DNA of 64,000 nt from an uncultured delta proteobacterium (lineage in GTDB: Bacteria; Desulfobacterota; Binatia; UBA9968): contig CAVYTU010000015.1 of the NCBI GenBank assembly GCA_963771465.1, positions 736,001 to 800,000 of the forward strand, in the 5' to 3' direction. Shown piece by piece: positions 10,078-20,425 of the stretch. The notes beneath the pieces were generated by a model. That model was not told the origin of the DNA. It did not search any database and saw only the letters and a list, made by a program, of their open reading frames with translations. Every line of letters begins with the position of its first letter. Position 1 is the first letter of the stretch. Made by a program: the position numbers and the translations under genes.

Positions 10078-11058
10078 CTAAACGTTGACCCGATGCAAAT
10101 CCCTGGTCCGCGGTCCCGCCGCCGCTCCAGTTGGGAAAATCCCATCGAGGCGCGCCAAATCTTCATTGCTGAGTTTGATCTCGGTCGCCTTGATGTTTTC
10201 TTCCAAGTGCGCGCGAGTTTTATTGCTCGGGATCGGAATCACCTCACGTCCCTGCGCCATCAACCAAGCCAAAGCCAACTGCGCGGTGGTACAGTTTTTC
10301 TCGCGCGCCATTGCTTCGAAGCGCGCTAACAGCGCCAGGTTTTTTTCCAAATTGCCCGCTTGAAAGCGCGGATGATTGCTTCGGCCATCGCCGTCGCTCA
10401 TGTCTTTGGCATCGTGCACCGCGCCGGCAAAGAAGCCGCGGCCCAGCGGCGAGTAAGCCATGAAGCCCATGTTGAACTCGCGGCAAGCCTGCACGTTGCC
10501 GCCCTCGGGATCGCGCGACCAGAGCGAATATTCCATCTGCAAGGAAACGATCGGATGAACTTTGCGCGCGCGCCGTATCGAGTTGGCGCTCGCCTCCGAC
10601 AAGCCGATGTAACGCGTCAATCCGCGCTCGACCAGTTTGGCCATCGCGCCAACCGACTCTTCGACGGGAATATCAGGATCGACGCGCGACATGCAGAAAA
10701 CATCCAACGCATCGACGCCCAGACGCTTGACACTCTGTTCGCAATTCTGCGTCAAGTATTCCGGCGTGCTGCCGCTGCGATTGCCACTCGCGTCGGGCGC
10801 GCGCGGGCTGCCCGACTTGGAATGAATCACGATGCGCTCGCGCCGGCCTTTGAGCGCTTTGTTGAGCAACTCGTGATTATGTCCCTGACCATAGCTTGCC
10901 GACGTGTCGAGAAAGTTGATGCCGAGATCGAAGGCTTTGTGCAGCGTCGCGATCGATTCATTATCATCCGCCGGTCCATAGGCGCCGGACATGCTCATGC
11001 AGCCCAACGCCAAGCGCGAGACTTTGAATTCCGTAGAGCCAAATTGAACGTATTCCAT
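10078..11058 (-). CDS. Aldo/keto reductase
   Basis: LGCMSMS, GINFLDTSASYG, IGLSEA, QMEYSLW, AYSPLGRG, AQLALAW. Confidence 0.92.
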   Translation of the reverse strand: MEYVQFGSTEFKVSRLALGCMSMSGAYGPADDNESIATLHKAFDLGINFLDTSASYGQGHNHELLNKALKGRRERIVIHSKSGSPRAPDASGNRSGSTPEYLTQNCEQSVKRLGVDALDVFCMSRVDPDIPVEESVGAMAKLVERGLTRYIGLSEASANSIRRARKVHPIVSLQMEYSLWSRDPEGGNVQACREFNMGFMAYSPLGRGFFAGAVHDAKDMSDGDGRSNHPRFQAGNLEKNLALLARFEAMAREKNCTTAQLALAWLMAQGREVIPIPSNKTRAHLEENIKATEIKLSNEDLARLDGIFPTGAAAGPRTRDLHRVNV

Positions 11059-11229
11059 GCTGACCTCCGTATCGCGCCCAGAGTTAGCGCAGGTGGAAGG
11101 AAGAAGTCAAACTTCTTACCTTAGATTAACCGCTAGAATCGAATTTGCGATAACTGACCAGCTCGCCGTCGTCCTAACCCAGCCAAACCGCGAGTGACGT
11201 TAATATAAACCGCAGTGCAACACTCCCAA

Positions 11230-12258
11230 TCATTTCCCCAACAGCTTCTTCATTCGCTCGATCACCTCAGTATCTTTCGTAATCACTTCCTTGGCGAGCC
11301 GTTCCAGTTCCTCACCCGAAGTGTACTCAATATCGATCCGACGTTTCTTCGCGTCCGCCAACACTTCCGGGTCGCTCAGCGTTTTCATGAACGCTTCGCG
11401 AAGAATCTTCACCGGCTCGGCCGGAGTCGCCGGCGGCAAGACGTAGGGACGGCCGAATCCATTGGACGCGATCAACAAATTCGCCAATTTTTTGATCTGC
11501 TCCGGCGCTTTGAACTCATCCAATATCTCGTAAACCGTCGGCACGTCCGCGAGACGCGGATCGCGCTTGCGATGGGTCTGCACGATGGCGCGGGCAAAGC
11601 CGGTCTTACGCCAGTTGGCGTAAAGGTCGCCGGTGAACCAACCGGCGATGGTAAACGCGCGGCACTGAACCTCGTTGCGCTCCGCCGCAAGATCGATCTC
11701 CGGTCCGCCGGGGTAGCCGCTGATAATGTTGAATTTGGCGCCGATGCCGTCGTTTAGAAGCGTCGGCAGATAGTGACTCGTTGAACCGGTGCCGGTGGAG
11801 CCGCACTTGAGTCCGTCCGTAGCCTTGCGCGCATCAGCCATGGTTTTGAACGGCGCGTCGCTACGGAGGTACATCATGTCTTCCGAGCGATCCGGGCTGC
11901 CGACGTAAATATACTTCGACCAGTCGAACTGGACATCTTTGTTGCCGCCGAGCTGGTTGAAATACAGCGCCGCGTTAAGGGTACCGAACGTCAAGCCATC
12001 GGGCTTCGCCACCGAGTAAACATAATTCGCGCCGATGATATTGCCGCCGCCAGGCATGTTCTGCACCACGACCTCAGGCTTGCCTGGAATATGTTTACCG
12101 ATGTACTGCGCCACCAGCCGTCCATAAAGATCGTAGTTGCTGCCCGCAGTGCTGCTGACGATAAGCCGCAGGGTTTTGCCCTGATAGTAAGGAGTCTGCG
12201 CCTGCACGACAGAAACAAGGGCCAAAGAAAAAAGAAATAGTCCGCCGAGACATCCCAT
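11230..12258 (-). CDS. Tripartite tricarboxylate transporter substrate-binding protein (Bug/TctC family)
   Basis: YQGKTLRLIV, VQNMPGGG, AKPDGLT, GYPGG..IDLA. Confidence 0.87.
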   Translation of the reverse strand: MGCLGGLFLFSLALVSVVQAQTPYYQGKTLRLIVSSTAGSNYDLYGRLVAQYIGKHIPGKPEVVVQNMPGGGNIIGANYVYSVAKPDGLTFGTLNAALYFNQLGGNKDVQFDWSKYIYVGSPDRSEDMMYLRSDAPFKTMADARKATDGLKCGSTGTGSTSHYLPTLLNDGIGAKFNIISGYPGGPEIDLAAERNEVQCRAFTIAGWFTGDLYANWRKTGFARAIVQTHRKRDPRLADVPTVYEILDEFKAPEQIKKLANLLIASNGFGRPYVLPPATPAEPVKILREAFMKTLSDPEVLADAKKRRIDIEYTSGEELERLAKEVITKDTEVIERMKKLLGK

Positions 12259-12482
12259 CGGTTTCTCCTTTTCCGCGTGTAGAGCTGCTAACCGAACGTC
12301 GTAATATCAAGCCGCCGAGCCGAGTCAAGCAAAAATTTTGCGACCGCGACGCCGATCGCATCAAGCGCACGGTCGGCCGACCGACATCGTCACGGATGAT
12401 TAACGCTAAACTTGGTCGAGAAACGCCGCCCACTGCCTGATACGAAAATCACCAGTTGAAGAATTCGAGCAGGAAGTATGCT

Positions 12483-13559
12483 TTACATCTCACGCGCCGC
12501 CGGCATCACTGCCTCAGCGCACAATCGCATGGACTGCAACACCTTGTCCTGCGACAAGCTACCCGAAGCGATGTTGAGCATGAGCTGCTCGGGATGCATC
12601 GCGTCGACGTAGAATTTTAGCTTTGCGAGGCACTCTTCCGGCGTGCCCCAAACCGCCATGACGTTGGGGCCTTCCGTCTCAACGGCTTGGCGGGCTTTTT
12701 CCGGCGTGCAGAGTTTTTCAAAAGCTTCTCGCGACGTGCTCTTGGTGGTGTAGGTTTGAATCTGTTCAGCTTGTACCGGCCGGCTCAGCCGGCCGCGCAG
12801 AAACACCTCGGCCTGGCTCGACAGCGCAAGCGCGCCGTTCGCGGTCGCTTCTTCGCGGTCGCGCGCGACATGCAGGTGAATGCCGAGCACGACGTCGCTG
12901 TTCCTGCCAGTCGGCAAGTTCTTTCGATACGTCTCGGTCAAGCCGCGCACGAGGTCGAACGGAATACCGAGATATCCAGGCTGAACTAGACCTTGGCCGA
13001 CTCGACCGGCGAAGCTGGCGCTGTCCGGCGTCGTCGCCGCAGCGGTGTAAATCGGCGGATGCGGCTCTTGCACCGGTGGCGGGCTGAGTTTGAAATCGCG
13101 TATCTGCCAGAATTTGCCGTCGAGCTTCTCAATGTAATCGCCTTTAAAACACTCGACGAGCATGCCAATGCCTTCTTCGAAGCGCGCACTGCTCTCGGCG
13201 GGATTGACGTTCATGCGATTGATCACCCAGGGATGGCCGCGGCCGATGCCGAGCATGATCCGTCCCTCGGTGAGCAAGTCCGCCGCCGCGACTTGGCTCG
13301 CCAACATCGCCGGATGATGGATGGGCATGCTGATGATACCGGTGAGAAAGCGAATGCGCCGCGCCCGCTGCGCCGCGGCAACATATAAACCCAAGGGAAA
13401 CGGCGAGCAGGAAAATAAATCCTTGCCGTAGCTCTCCGTGATCGAGAAAAAATCATAACCAAGCTCATCGGCGACCGCGATCTGCTCCAGCACATCGGCA
13501 TAAGTCTGCTGCTCCGACTTTCCGGGATAAGAGAATTCGGTAAATAATCCAATCTTCAT
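12483..13559 (-). CDS. LLM-class (luciferase-like) flavin-dependent monooxygenase
   Basis: ADELGYD, HHPAMLA, GRIMLGIGRG, PVQEPHPPI. Confidence 0.88.
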   Translation of the reverse strand: MKIGLFTEFSYPGKSEQQTYADVLEQIAVADELGYDFFSITESYGKDLFSCSPFPLGLYVAAAQRARRIRFLTGIISMPIHHPAMLASQVAAADLLTEGRIMLGIGRGHPWVINRMNVNPAESSARFEEGIGMLVECFKGDYIEKLDGKFWQIRDFKLSPPPVQEPHPPIYTAAATTPDSASFAGRVGQGLVQPGYLGIPFDLVRGLTETYRKNLPTGRNSDVVLGIHLHVARDREEATANGALALSSQAEVFLRGRLSRPVQAEQIQTYTTKSTSREAFEKLCTPEKARQAVETEGPNVMAVWGTPEECLAKLKFYVDAMHPEQLMLNIASGSLSQDKVLQSMRLCAEAVMPAAREM

Positions 13560-13610
13560 GTTCGCAACGGTTTGAACTGCTTGAACGAGTTGAACATTTT
13601 GAACTGCGGC

Positions 13611-14564
13611 TTACGCGCCGATCACCATCGTCGTACCGACGCTGTTCGGCGTAAATGCTTGGGGAAATTCCTGCGCGATCAGATGCGTTGCCTTCCAGCC
13701 GGTGCAATGCTGCGGCACGATGATGCTGGGATTGAATTCCTTCAATGCTTGCACGGTCGGTTGAATGATCGGCTCGAAAATCGGTCCTGTGAGATGGAAG
13801 CCGCCGATGACCGCGTGGAGTTGGTTCACACCAGTCATTTCCCGCGCGCATTTCAAAGTATTCACCACACCCGCATGGCCACAGCCGGTCAGCACCACGA
13901 GTCCTTTGCCCGTCACATTCATCACGATCGCCTGATCGTCGTGAATCCACGGATCGGGCTGCCACTTGCCATCGATCAGCGCGACTTGATTGGGACTGCC
14001 TTTTTCGAACGGCGTCGTGCGCGGAATCTGTCCAGTCACCAGCGCGTGCTCGCCGATCAGCATCGTCGGCCCGCACTCCTCGATAATCTCGACATCTTCG
14101 GCTTCGAGATCTTTCTTGCTAGGCGGAATATGCTCCGACTCGTGGCCGTCGCCTTGGATATTCTTACGCTTCAGGTACGCATCGGGGTGCAGCACGATCG
14201 GCACTCGCGGTCGACCAAAGCGTTTGATGAAACCGATCAAACCGCGCGTGTGATCGGTGTGGCCATGGCTTAAAACCACGGCATGTAATTCGTTGCCTTT
14301 GACCTCCAGCACATCCATGTTGTGCAGCACGCCGTCGACGGTGACACCGGTGTCGAAGAGAAAGGAATCCTTGTTGCCGCTGGAATACGTCGTCACCAAC
14401 ATCGACACGCCATGCTCGGCGCGCAACTGCGGCCGGCTGTGCGCGTCGCTGGCACGTTTATGACGCTTGGCGATGGGCGTGTTGCCCATCAGCACATCGA
14501 TGGAGTTGTCCATCACGCTGAGGATTTCCACGCGGTCGACGGGTTTCAGCGGCACCATCGCCAT
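13611..14564 (-). CDS. MBL-fold metallo-hydrolase
   Basis: AEHG, FDTG, SHGHTDH, GCGHAG, GGFHL, HCTG; start placed at ATG 14564 after an AGGAG RBS. Confidence 0.88.
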   Translation of the reverse strand: MAMVPLKPVDRVEILSVMDNSIDVLMGNTPIAKRHKRASDAHSRPQLRAEHGVSMLVTTYSSGNKDSFLFDTGVTVDGVLHNMDVLEVKGNELHAVVLSHGHTDHTRGLIGFIKRFGRPRVPIVLHPDAYLKRKNIQGDGHESEHIPPSKKDLEAEDVEIIEECGPTMLIGEHALVTGQIPRTTPFEKGSPNQVALIDGKWQPDPWIHDDQAIVMNVTGKGLVVLTGCGHAGVVNTLKCAREMTGVNQLHAVIGGFHLTGPIFEPIIQPTVQALKEFNPSIIVPQHCTGWKATHLIAQEFPQAFTPNSVGTTMVIGA

Positions 14565-14572
14565 TTCGTCTC

Positions 14573-15409
14573 CTATTTCACTTCGTAGAGAAATGGTTTC
14601 TTGAGCATCCAGTTTACGATCTGTTCCACGGTCTCCGATTCCTTGCCGAGAAAGCCATGCTGACTGCGCGCGTCGCAAGGCCCCGACTGCGGCGGCGGCC
14701 CGCCCCACACGGTGATCAGCGGATATTTTTCCGATAGCCGAGCGGCATCACCGTAGGGCGTGAAGCGGCATTGATCGCTGACATGGTGTGCGAATAGAAG
14801 CGGAATGGGAATCGTCGCGAAGTCGAATCGGCTAAGTCCGGGGCCGGGCTCTTTGCTGTTTCGCCCAACCTCGCGAAATATCGATCGCTGTGAGCACAGA
14901 CGCCAGCGATATTCGTTCCGGAAACGCGCGCCGAGCGCAGCCGCTGAGATCGTTCCACGGCTCGTTCCGATCAGGAAAACACCGCAGACGCCGGGAAGCG
15001 CTTGTTGAGATCAGCAACGACCGCACTAATGTCCGTGAAATGATCGCCGCCAAGCCGGAATTCGTCCGTCATACCCCAGCCGCCTTGCTGATCCGACGGC
15101 GCGTCGATGATCGCCGCGATCAACATCGCTCTTGATGAACTCGCTGCGGCTGCGGACCAGAAAGTTACCTCCAGCGAATTTGACCTGGCCGCCCTCGTTG
15201 CGCAATTGAATCGTACCGCCAGAGCCAGCAAACAAAACCGCGATCGCTTGCAGCTGTTTCGCGGCGCTCGGTCAGAAAATAGGACTGCGTGACTTGGGCC
15301 GGGTCGGCAACATGACGATCTCCTGCGCGTAAGCGGAACATGCGCCAACAGTGAGTGGCAACACACGGTGCAAGGATCGCTTGCCGACGGCATGTGTCAA
15401 GTCACACAT
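14573..15409 (-). CDS. Alpha/beta hydrolase, frameshifted
   Basis: Joined fragments read QEIVMLPTRP...VLFAGSGG...GNFLVRSR...DAPSDQQ...GTSRG (nucleophile)...QHGFLGKE...NWMLKK*; several indels. Confidence 0.7.
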
Positions 15410-15411
15410 CG

Positions 15412-16323
15412 TTACTTCTTCACCGCCTTGTACGCCGCGTCGATGTAGAGACCTAAACGGTCCTGGCCACTGCCAGTCGGCGTACTCTGGCATCTTAAGT
15501 TCTGTCTTGATCTCGGCGAGAGATTTCCCCTGTGCCGCCATCTCGCCCACCCGTTTGAGCAGCAAGGTGTAAAATCCTTCGTACTCGTCGAAGGTTTTCG
15601 TCGTGGTTACAGGACCATGGCCGGTAACAACAATTTCCGGGTTCAATGCTTTCATTAGCTTATAGCTGGCGAGCACGTCAGCGATCACAACCGACGGCCG
15701 AAGATTTAGAATCCCTCTTACGTATAGCCGCCGACGCCGCGAACAGCACGCGCTCTTTCGGCATCCATATGGCTGTGTCGGCAATCGCTGTGGACATTCT
15801 TCAAATAGATCAATTCGAAAGTCCGCTCGCCGAGATTGATCGTCATCCGGTCCTTGTACTCGATATGCGGCACGATCAGTCTCTCGCCCTTGACCGCTTC
15901 ACGCAATTCGGCAGACTTCATTGCGAGAGTTTCGGCGCGTTTGGGATTGTACTCCTTTCGCATTGCTGCTCCCGCTCCAGTGTGATTGATGACCGTCGCC
16001 GGCGGCGAAAAGACGTAGTGGTTGGCGGTGTGATCGCCATGGGTCTCGGTGTCGATGAGAAATACAATCGGCTTATCGGTGACTTTTTTGATCGCCGCCA
16101 ACATGTTGCGAGAATGGATCGGGCTACTGCAGCTATCGATCATCACGACGCCTTCCTGAGTGACAATAAAGCTGCACGTCGTCGTGGTCGCGTCCGGTGC
16201 GAAGACATAGATGCCGTCTTTTACCTTGGTGAAACCCGGTCCAAGATCCTGCGCCGAGGCGGAGAACACCAAACCTAAGCATAGCAACGTAAAAAGATAG
16301 GCTAGCTTGAAATGGTTTTTCAT
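15412..16323 (-). CDS. MBL-fold metallo-hydrolase (cyclase-like), frameshifted near 15780
   Basis: Signal peptide, 'TETHGDH' and 'NVHS'; C-terminal 'VVTGHGP' continues in ORF 15272..15784. Confidence 0.78.
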
Positions 16324-16497
16324 GGTTTTCTCCTTTGGAAATTATTTAATGTCCAGCAGGCTACGCGAAACTCCGCTAAATCGTCAAGCGGCTGCTGACA
16401 AAGGATTTGACCGCTAGCAAGACTTTGTACTAAGACTCCGGCTGCACTCTCACTGGAACGATTCCGAGCGGACCGTTGAAACCGTAGGAGGCGAACG

Positions 16498-17526
16498 ATG
16501 AAGAGTATATTTGCCGCGCTGTTGTGGCTATTGGTCGGTATTGGACCAGCGCTCGCCCAGACGCCATACTTTCAAGGGAAAACAATTCGTATCGTCACCG
16601 GCTACCCTGCTGGCGACGTGAACGACATGTGGCCACGGCTGATCACGCAACACATGGGCAAATACATTCCCGGTAATCCGATTTTCATCGTGCAGAATAT
16701 GCCGGGGGCGAGCTCGATGATCGCCGCCAACTACGTCGCCAGCGTGGCCAAGCCCGACGGGCTGACGCTCGGCTGGATCGCGCCCACGCTTTACTTCGAC
16801 CAACTGGTCGGGCGCAAAGAAGTCCAATACGATTGGGCGAAATACACATTCATCGGCTCGCCGTCGCCGAGCGATCATTTGCTCTACATGCGTGCCGATT
16901 CGCCCTATCAAAATATCGAAGATATCCGGCGCCATGCGGAGCCGCCCAAATGCGGTTCCGGCGGCGCCGCCGGCACGGGCTTTTATTTGCCGAAGTTGCT
17001 CGACGAAACCCTCGGCACCAAGTTCAACATCGTCTTAGGTTACCAAGGCGGCGGGCCCATCGACCTGGCGGTGGAAAAAGGTGAAATCCATTGCCGCGCC
17101 ATGACGATCGAATCATTCTTCGCGCGGGAGCCATTTCACACCTGGCGCAAAAACAATTTTGTCAAAATTCTGGTTCAGTCTTCAAAGAAGCGCGATAGCC
17201 GGTTGCCGGACACGCCGTCGATCCACGAGCTGATGGATCAGTACAAGACTCCCGAACAATCCCGTCGAGTCGCGACAGTGATTCTCGCCGGCGGCGCCTT
17301 TGGCCGTCCGCTGGTCGGTCCCGGCGGTGTGCCAGCGGATCGCCTAAAACTATTGCAAAGCGCGTTTCTCAGCGCGCTGAGAGACCCGGCGCTGAAATCT
17401 GAAGCCGAGAAACGCGGCTACGAGTGGGACCCGGTGAGCGGTCAGGAGCTGGGGAAATTGGCCAAGGAGGTGATGTCGCAACCGCCGGCGGTGATTGAGC
17501 GAATGAAAAAAGTTCTCGGTCAATGA
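16498..17526 (+). CDS. Bug/TctC family substrate-binding protein
   Basis: FQGKTIRIVTGYPAG, QNMPGAS, AKPDGLT; paralog of 11230..12258. Confidence 0.87.
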   Translation: MKSIFAALLWLLVGIGPALAQTPYFQGKTIRIVTGYPAGDVNDMWPRLITQHMGKYIPGNPIFIVQNMPGASSMIAANYVASVAKPDGLTLGWIAPTLYFDQLVGRKEVQYDWAKYTFIGSPSPSDHLLYMRADSPYQNIEDIRRHAEPPKCGSGGAAGTGFYLPKLLDETLGTKFNIVLGYQGGGPIDLAVEKGEIHCRAMTIESFFAREPFHTWRKNNFVKILVQSSKKRDSRLPDTPSIHELMDQYKTPEQSRRVATVILAGGAFGRPLVGPGGVPADRLKLLQSAFLSALRDPALKSEAEKRGYEWDPVSGQELGKLAKEVMSQPPAVIERMKKVLGQ

Positions 17527-17547
17527 GCCGATTAAACTCGGCACAAC

Positions 17548-18336
17548 TCAGGATTCCATAAATCCATGCTTTTTGAGAAATGCGAACACGTGCGCATCGA
17601 AGGTCGCCGGATCTTCGAGACAGCAGGCATGGCCCGCGCCGGCGATCGTTCGATGCTCGGCGCCGGCGATGCGTGTGCTCATGTCTTGGCTGCGTTTTAA
17701 AGAATTGTCGAACTCGCCGTTCATGATCAGCACCGGCATTTTTAGCTCAGTTAAACGTGCGGTCAGGTCACGGTGCTGCAGCGCGTTAAAGATCTCGGCG
17801 ATCGCCGGCGCGTTCAAGCGCGAATCCATTTCGGTGTGCATGCCGAGCAAGTATTTGCCCAAAGGCGATTGCGCAAATTCCTTGCTGACCAGATCGGTCA
17901 AGTGCTGGATGTGAAACTTCTCGACGCCTTGTTGCATGTAGCCGTCGATGCGGCTCTGATAACGGTTGCCGGGCATGCTGCTGCAACCGACTAGAATCAG
18001 CGCCTTGAAAATCTCCGGATGATCGAGTCCCAGTTGCAGTCCCATTACACCGCCGACGCTGACGCCGGCAAAGATCGCTTCGCGTGCGCCTTCCTGGCGG
18101 CACACGGCAACAACGTCCTCGCACAGATCCGCCACGGTAATCGGCATCGCCGGCTTGTCCGAGTAACCGTAAGCGCGCAGATCGATGTTGATGACTTTGA
18201 AGTAAGTCGAAAAATGCGCCGCTTGATAGACGAACATGCGCCGGTCAAACGGATTGGCGTGCATCAAGACAAAGGGAAATCCTTCGCCGGACACTTCGTA
18301 ATAAGTCTTAACGCCGTTCCTGGTGCTGTAGGGCAT
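17548..18336 (-). CDS. Alpha/beta fold hydrolase (enol-lactone hydrolase-like)
   Basis: DLRAYGYS, GVSVGG, GEFD, AGH. Confidence 0.85.
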   Translation of the reverse strand: MPYSTRNGVKTYYEVSGEGFPFVLMHANPFDRRMFVYQAAHFSTYFKVINIDLRAYGYSDKPAMPITVADLCEDVVAVCRQEGAREAIFAGVSVGGVMGLQLGLDHPEIFKALILVGCSSMPGNRYQSRIDGYMQQGVEKFHIQHLTDLVSKEFAQSPLGKYLLGMHTEMDSRLNAPAIAEIFNALQHRDLTARLTELKMPVLIMNGEFDNSLKRSQDMSTRIAGAEHRTIAGAGHACCLEDPATFDAHVFAFLKKHGFMES

Positions 18337-18368
18337 GTGAGCTACGTGGATTAATGAAAAATTCTATC

Positions 18369-18447
18369 TCACCACGAAGGCACGAAGGACACGAAGTGTT
18401 TGGAAAATTTTATCCTTTATCTTCGTGCCTTCGTGCCCTCGTGGTGA
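18369..18447. repeat. Palindromic intergenic element (CACCACGAAG...CTTCGTG...GTGGTG)
   Basis: Long imperfect inverted repeat; closely related copy at 50841-50915 and a half copy near 49042-49060. Confidence 0.75.
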
Positions 18448-18477
18448 AAATTAACCGTTCGCATTCACCGGTTATGT

Positions 18478-19305
18478 TCAATCATTGGCGTGCGCCGCGA
18501 ACGTCGCCGAGTCTTCGTTGGTAATTTGCAAACGGAAGCCGCTCGGTTCTCTGAAGTAAGTGCCCAATTGGTCATTGCGGCGTCCCTCGCGCTCGCCATG
18601 ATCGTCGCGCTCTTCGATGCCTGCCGCGTGGAGCTTGTCGACGATGGCGCGGAAATTCTCATTGGTGACGTTGAACGCAAAGTGGCGGCCGCGCCAAGTC
18701 GCCTTGGTCACATCGCTGAGCTCGCTCACCTGATTGAGAATCACGCATTGTCCCGAGGGCAAGGTGAGCGTTGCCATGCCGCTCTTCGGTTCCTGCACGG
18801 TGCAATTGAGAAATTTCCGATAGAATTCTGCGCTCGCTTTCAGATCGGTGGAGTCGAAGTGCAGATGATGCAGCCGAGTTTTGGCGATGCCGTTGGCTGG
18901 GGTGATCTCGACGAAGTTGCCTTCGGAATCTTGGAAGACCAGACCTTCATTCCAGCAGCAACCCAAAGAGTCCTCGCTCTGAATGTCGCGCACGAACGGG
19001 CTCGCGGCGCGTATTTTCGCCGCCATAGATTCGTATTCGCCCGCCGGCACCTGAAAGGAATGACGCGGAAACGAGTTGGCGCTCTCTCGTTTCGGCAGGA
19101 CGTTCTTACCTTGAGAAAATAAGCCGACATGGTTCTCGCCAAGCTTCATGAAAATGCGCGTCATATTCGGCTCGTTTTGACTCTTCAATGTCCGCGCGCC
19201 CATGACCTCGGTGTAAAATTTTTCGGCCCGGTCCGGCTGCATCACCGCAATGACAAAATGATCCAAGTGATGCACATCGCCATTTGCTTTTGTATGATCG
19301 CCCAT
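18478..19305 (-). CDS. Two-domain VOC (glyoxalase/dioxygenase) family protein
   Basis: LDHFVIAV..., LHHLHF..., HFAF, DSEGNFVE; start at ATG 19305 after AGGAG. Confidence 0.82.
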   Translation of the reverse strand: MGDHTKANGDVHHLDHFVIAVMQPDRAEKFYTEVMGARTLKSQNEPNMTRIFMKLGENHVGLFSQGKNVLPKRESANSFPRHSFQVPAGEYESMAAKIRAASPFVRDIQSEDSLGCCWNEGLVFQDSEGNFVEITPANGIAKTRLHHLHFDSTDLKASAEFYRKFLNCTVQEPKSGMATLTLPSGQCVILNQVSELSDVTKATWRGRHFAFNVTNENFRAIVDKLHAAGIEERDDHGEREGRRNDQLGTYFREPSGFRLQITNEDSATFAAHAND

Positions 19306-19327
19306 AACTCTGACTCCTTTCTCTCGA

Positions 19328-20425
19328 CTATTTATGATCCAAATCTCCTTGCGTTGCGGTTTCGGGAAACACAACGATCTTTTCCTTGGGTAAATGGACT
19401 ACAATCGCGCCCGCGGGCTTGGCATCGTCAGGCAGCGTCTTCGCCAGCAACCGTTTGTCTTTGATCTTCACCTCGGAGGTCGCTTGATCGCCAAGAAACG
19501 TTGTCGAAAGCACCGTTGCCGCAAACCGATTCTCCATGTCGACCGCGGCCGGGACCAACTTTACGTCTTCCGGGCGCACACCGACGACGACATTTCCTTC
19601 ATACTGCCGCGAGGCCTGGATGACAAGTGTACCGATCTCGGTCTCGACCCGACCGCCGGCGAGGGTTTGCCCGCGTAGCCAGTTTATCGAACCAAAGAAC
19701 TCGGCGACCAGCGCATTGGCCGGAGCGCGGTATAGTTCGAAGGGATTACCGATCTGGAGAATCTCACCCTGCGCCATGACCGCGATACGATCGGCGAGCA
19801 CCATCGCCTCGACTTGATCGTGGGTCACGTAGAGCACGGTAATGCCCAATTGGCTGGTCAACTTCTTGATGTTCGTGCGCACTTCTTCCCGGAGCCGCGC
19901 ATCGAGATTACTCAATGGCTCGTCCATTAGCAGGAGTGCGGGATTCACCGCCAATGCCCGCGCCAGCGCGACCCGTTGCTGCTGTCCACCGCTAAGTAAA
20001 CGCGCCGGGCGGCTCTCGAAGTCGTCCAATTGGACCAAACTGAGCGCGTGGCGAATCCTCGCGTGCGCCTCGCTCTTGGGCAGACGGAAACGGCCGTGGG
20101 TCAATACCAAGCCAATATTTTCCGCGACGGTGAGATGCGGCCAGATCGCGTAGGATTGAAACACCATGCCGATGCCGCGCGCTTCGGGCGGTTCGGCGAT
20201 CCGTCTGCGGCTGGAAAACATGACTTTGCCGTTGAGCGAAATTTCGCCGGCGTCCGGTTTTTCCAGACCGGCGACGCTGCGCAAAAGCGTGGTTTTACCC
20301 GAGCCGCTCGGTCCGAGCAACACGAAGAACTCGCCTTTGCTCACTTCGAGATCGATACCCTGGAGCGCCGCCACGACGCGATCGCCGGAGTGAAATTTTT
20401 TGCGTAAGCCGACGATCGAAATCAT
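19328..20425 (-). CDS. ABC transporter ATP-binding protein (FbpC/PotA family, TOBE domain)
   Basis: GPSGSGKT, LSGGQQQR, LLMDEP, VTHDQ. Confidence 0.93.
   Translation of the reverse strand: MISIVGLRKKFHSGDRVVAALQGIDLEVSKGEFFVLLGPSGSGKTTLLRSVAGLEKPDAGEISLNGKVMFSSRRRIAEPPEARGIGMVFQSYAIWPHLTVAENIGLVLTHGRFRLPKSEAHARIRHALSLVQLDDFESRPARLLSGGQQQRVALARALAVNPALLLMDEPLSNLDARLREEVRTNIKKLTSQLGITVLYVTHDQVEAMVLADRIAVMAQGEILQIGNPFELYRAPANALVAEFFGSINWLRGQTLAGGRVETEIGTLVIQASRQYEGNVVVGVRPEDVKLVPAAVDMENRFAATVLSTTFLGDQATSEVKIKDKRLLAKTLPDDAKPAGAIVVHLPKEKIVVFPETATQGDLDHK

Noticed and set aside
13611-14708. Extended N-terminus of the MBL ORF
   Set aside because: The extension overlaps the 3' end of the frameshifted upstream hydrolase; the RBS supports the start at 14564.
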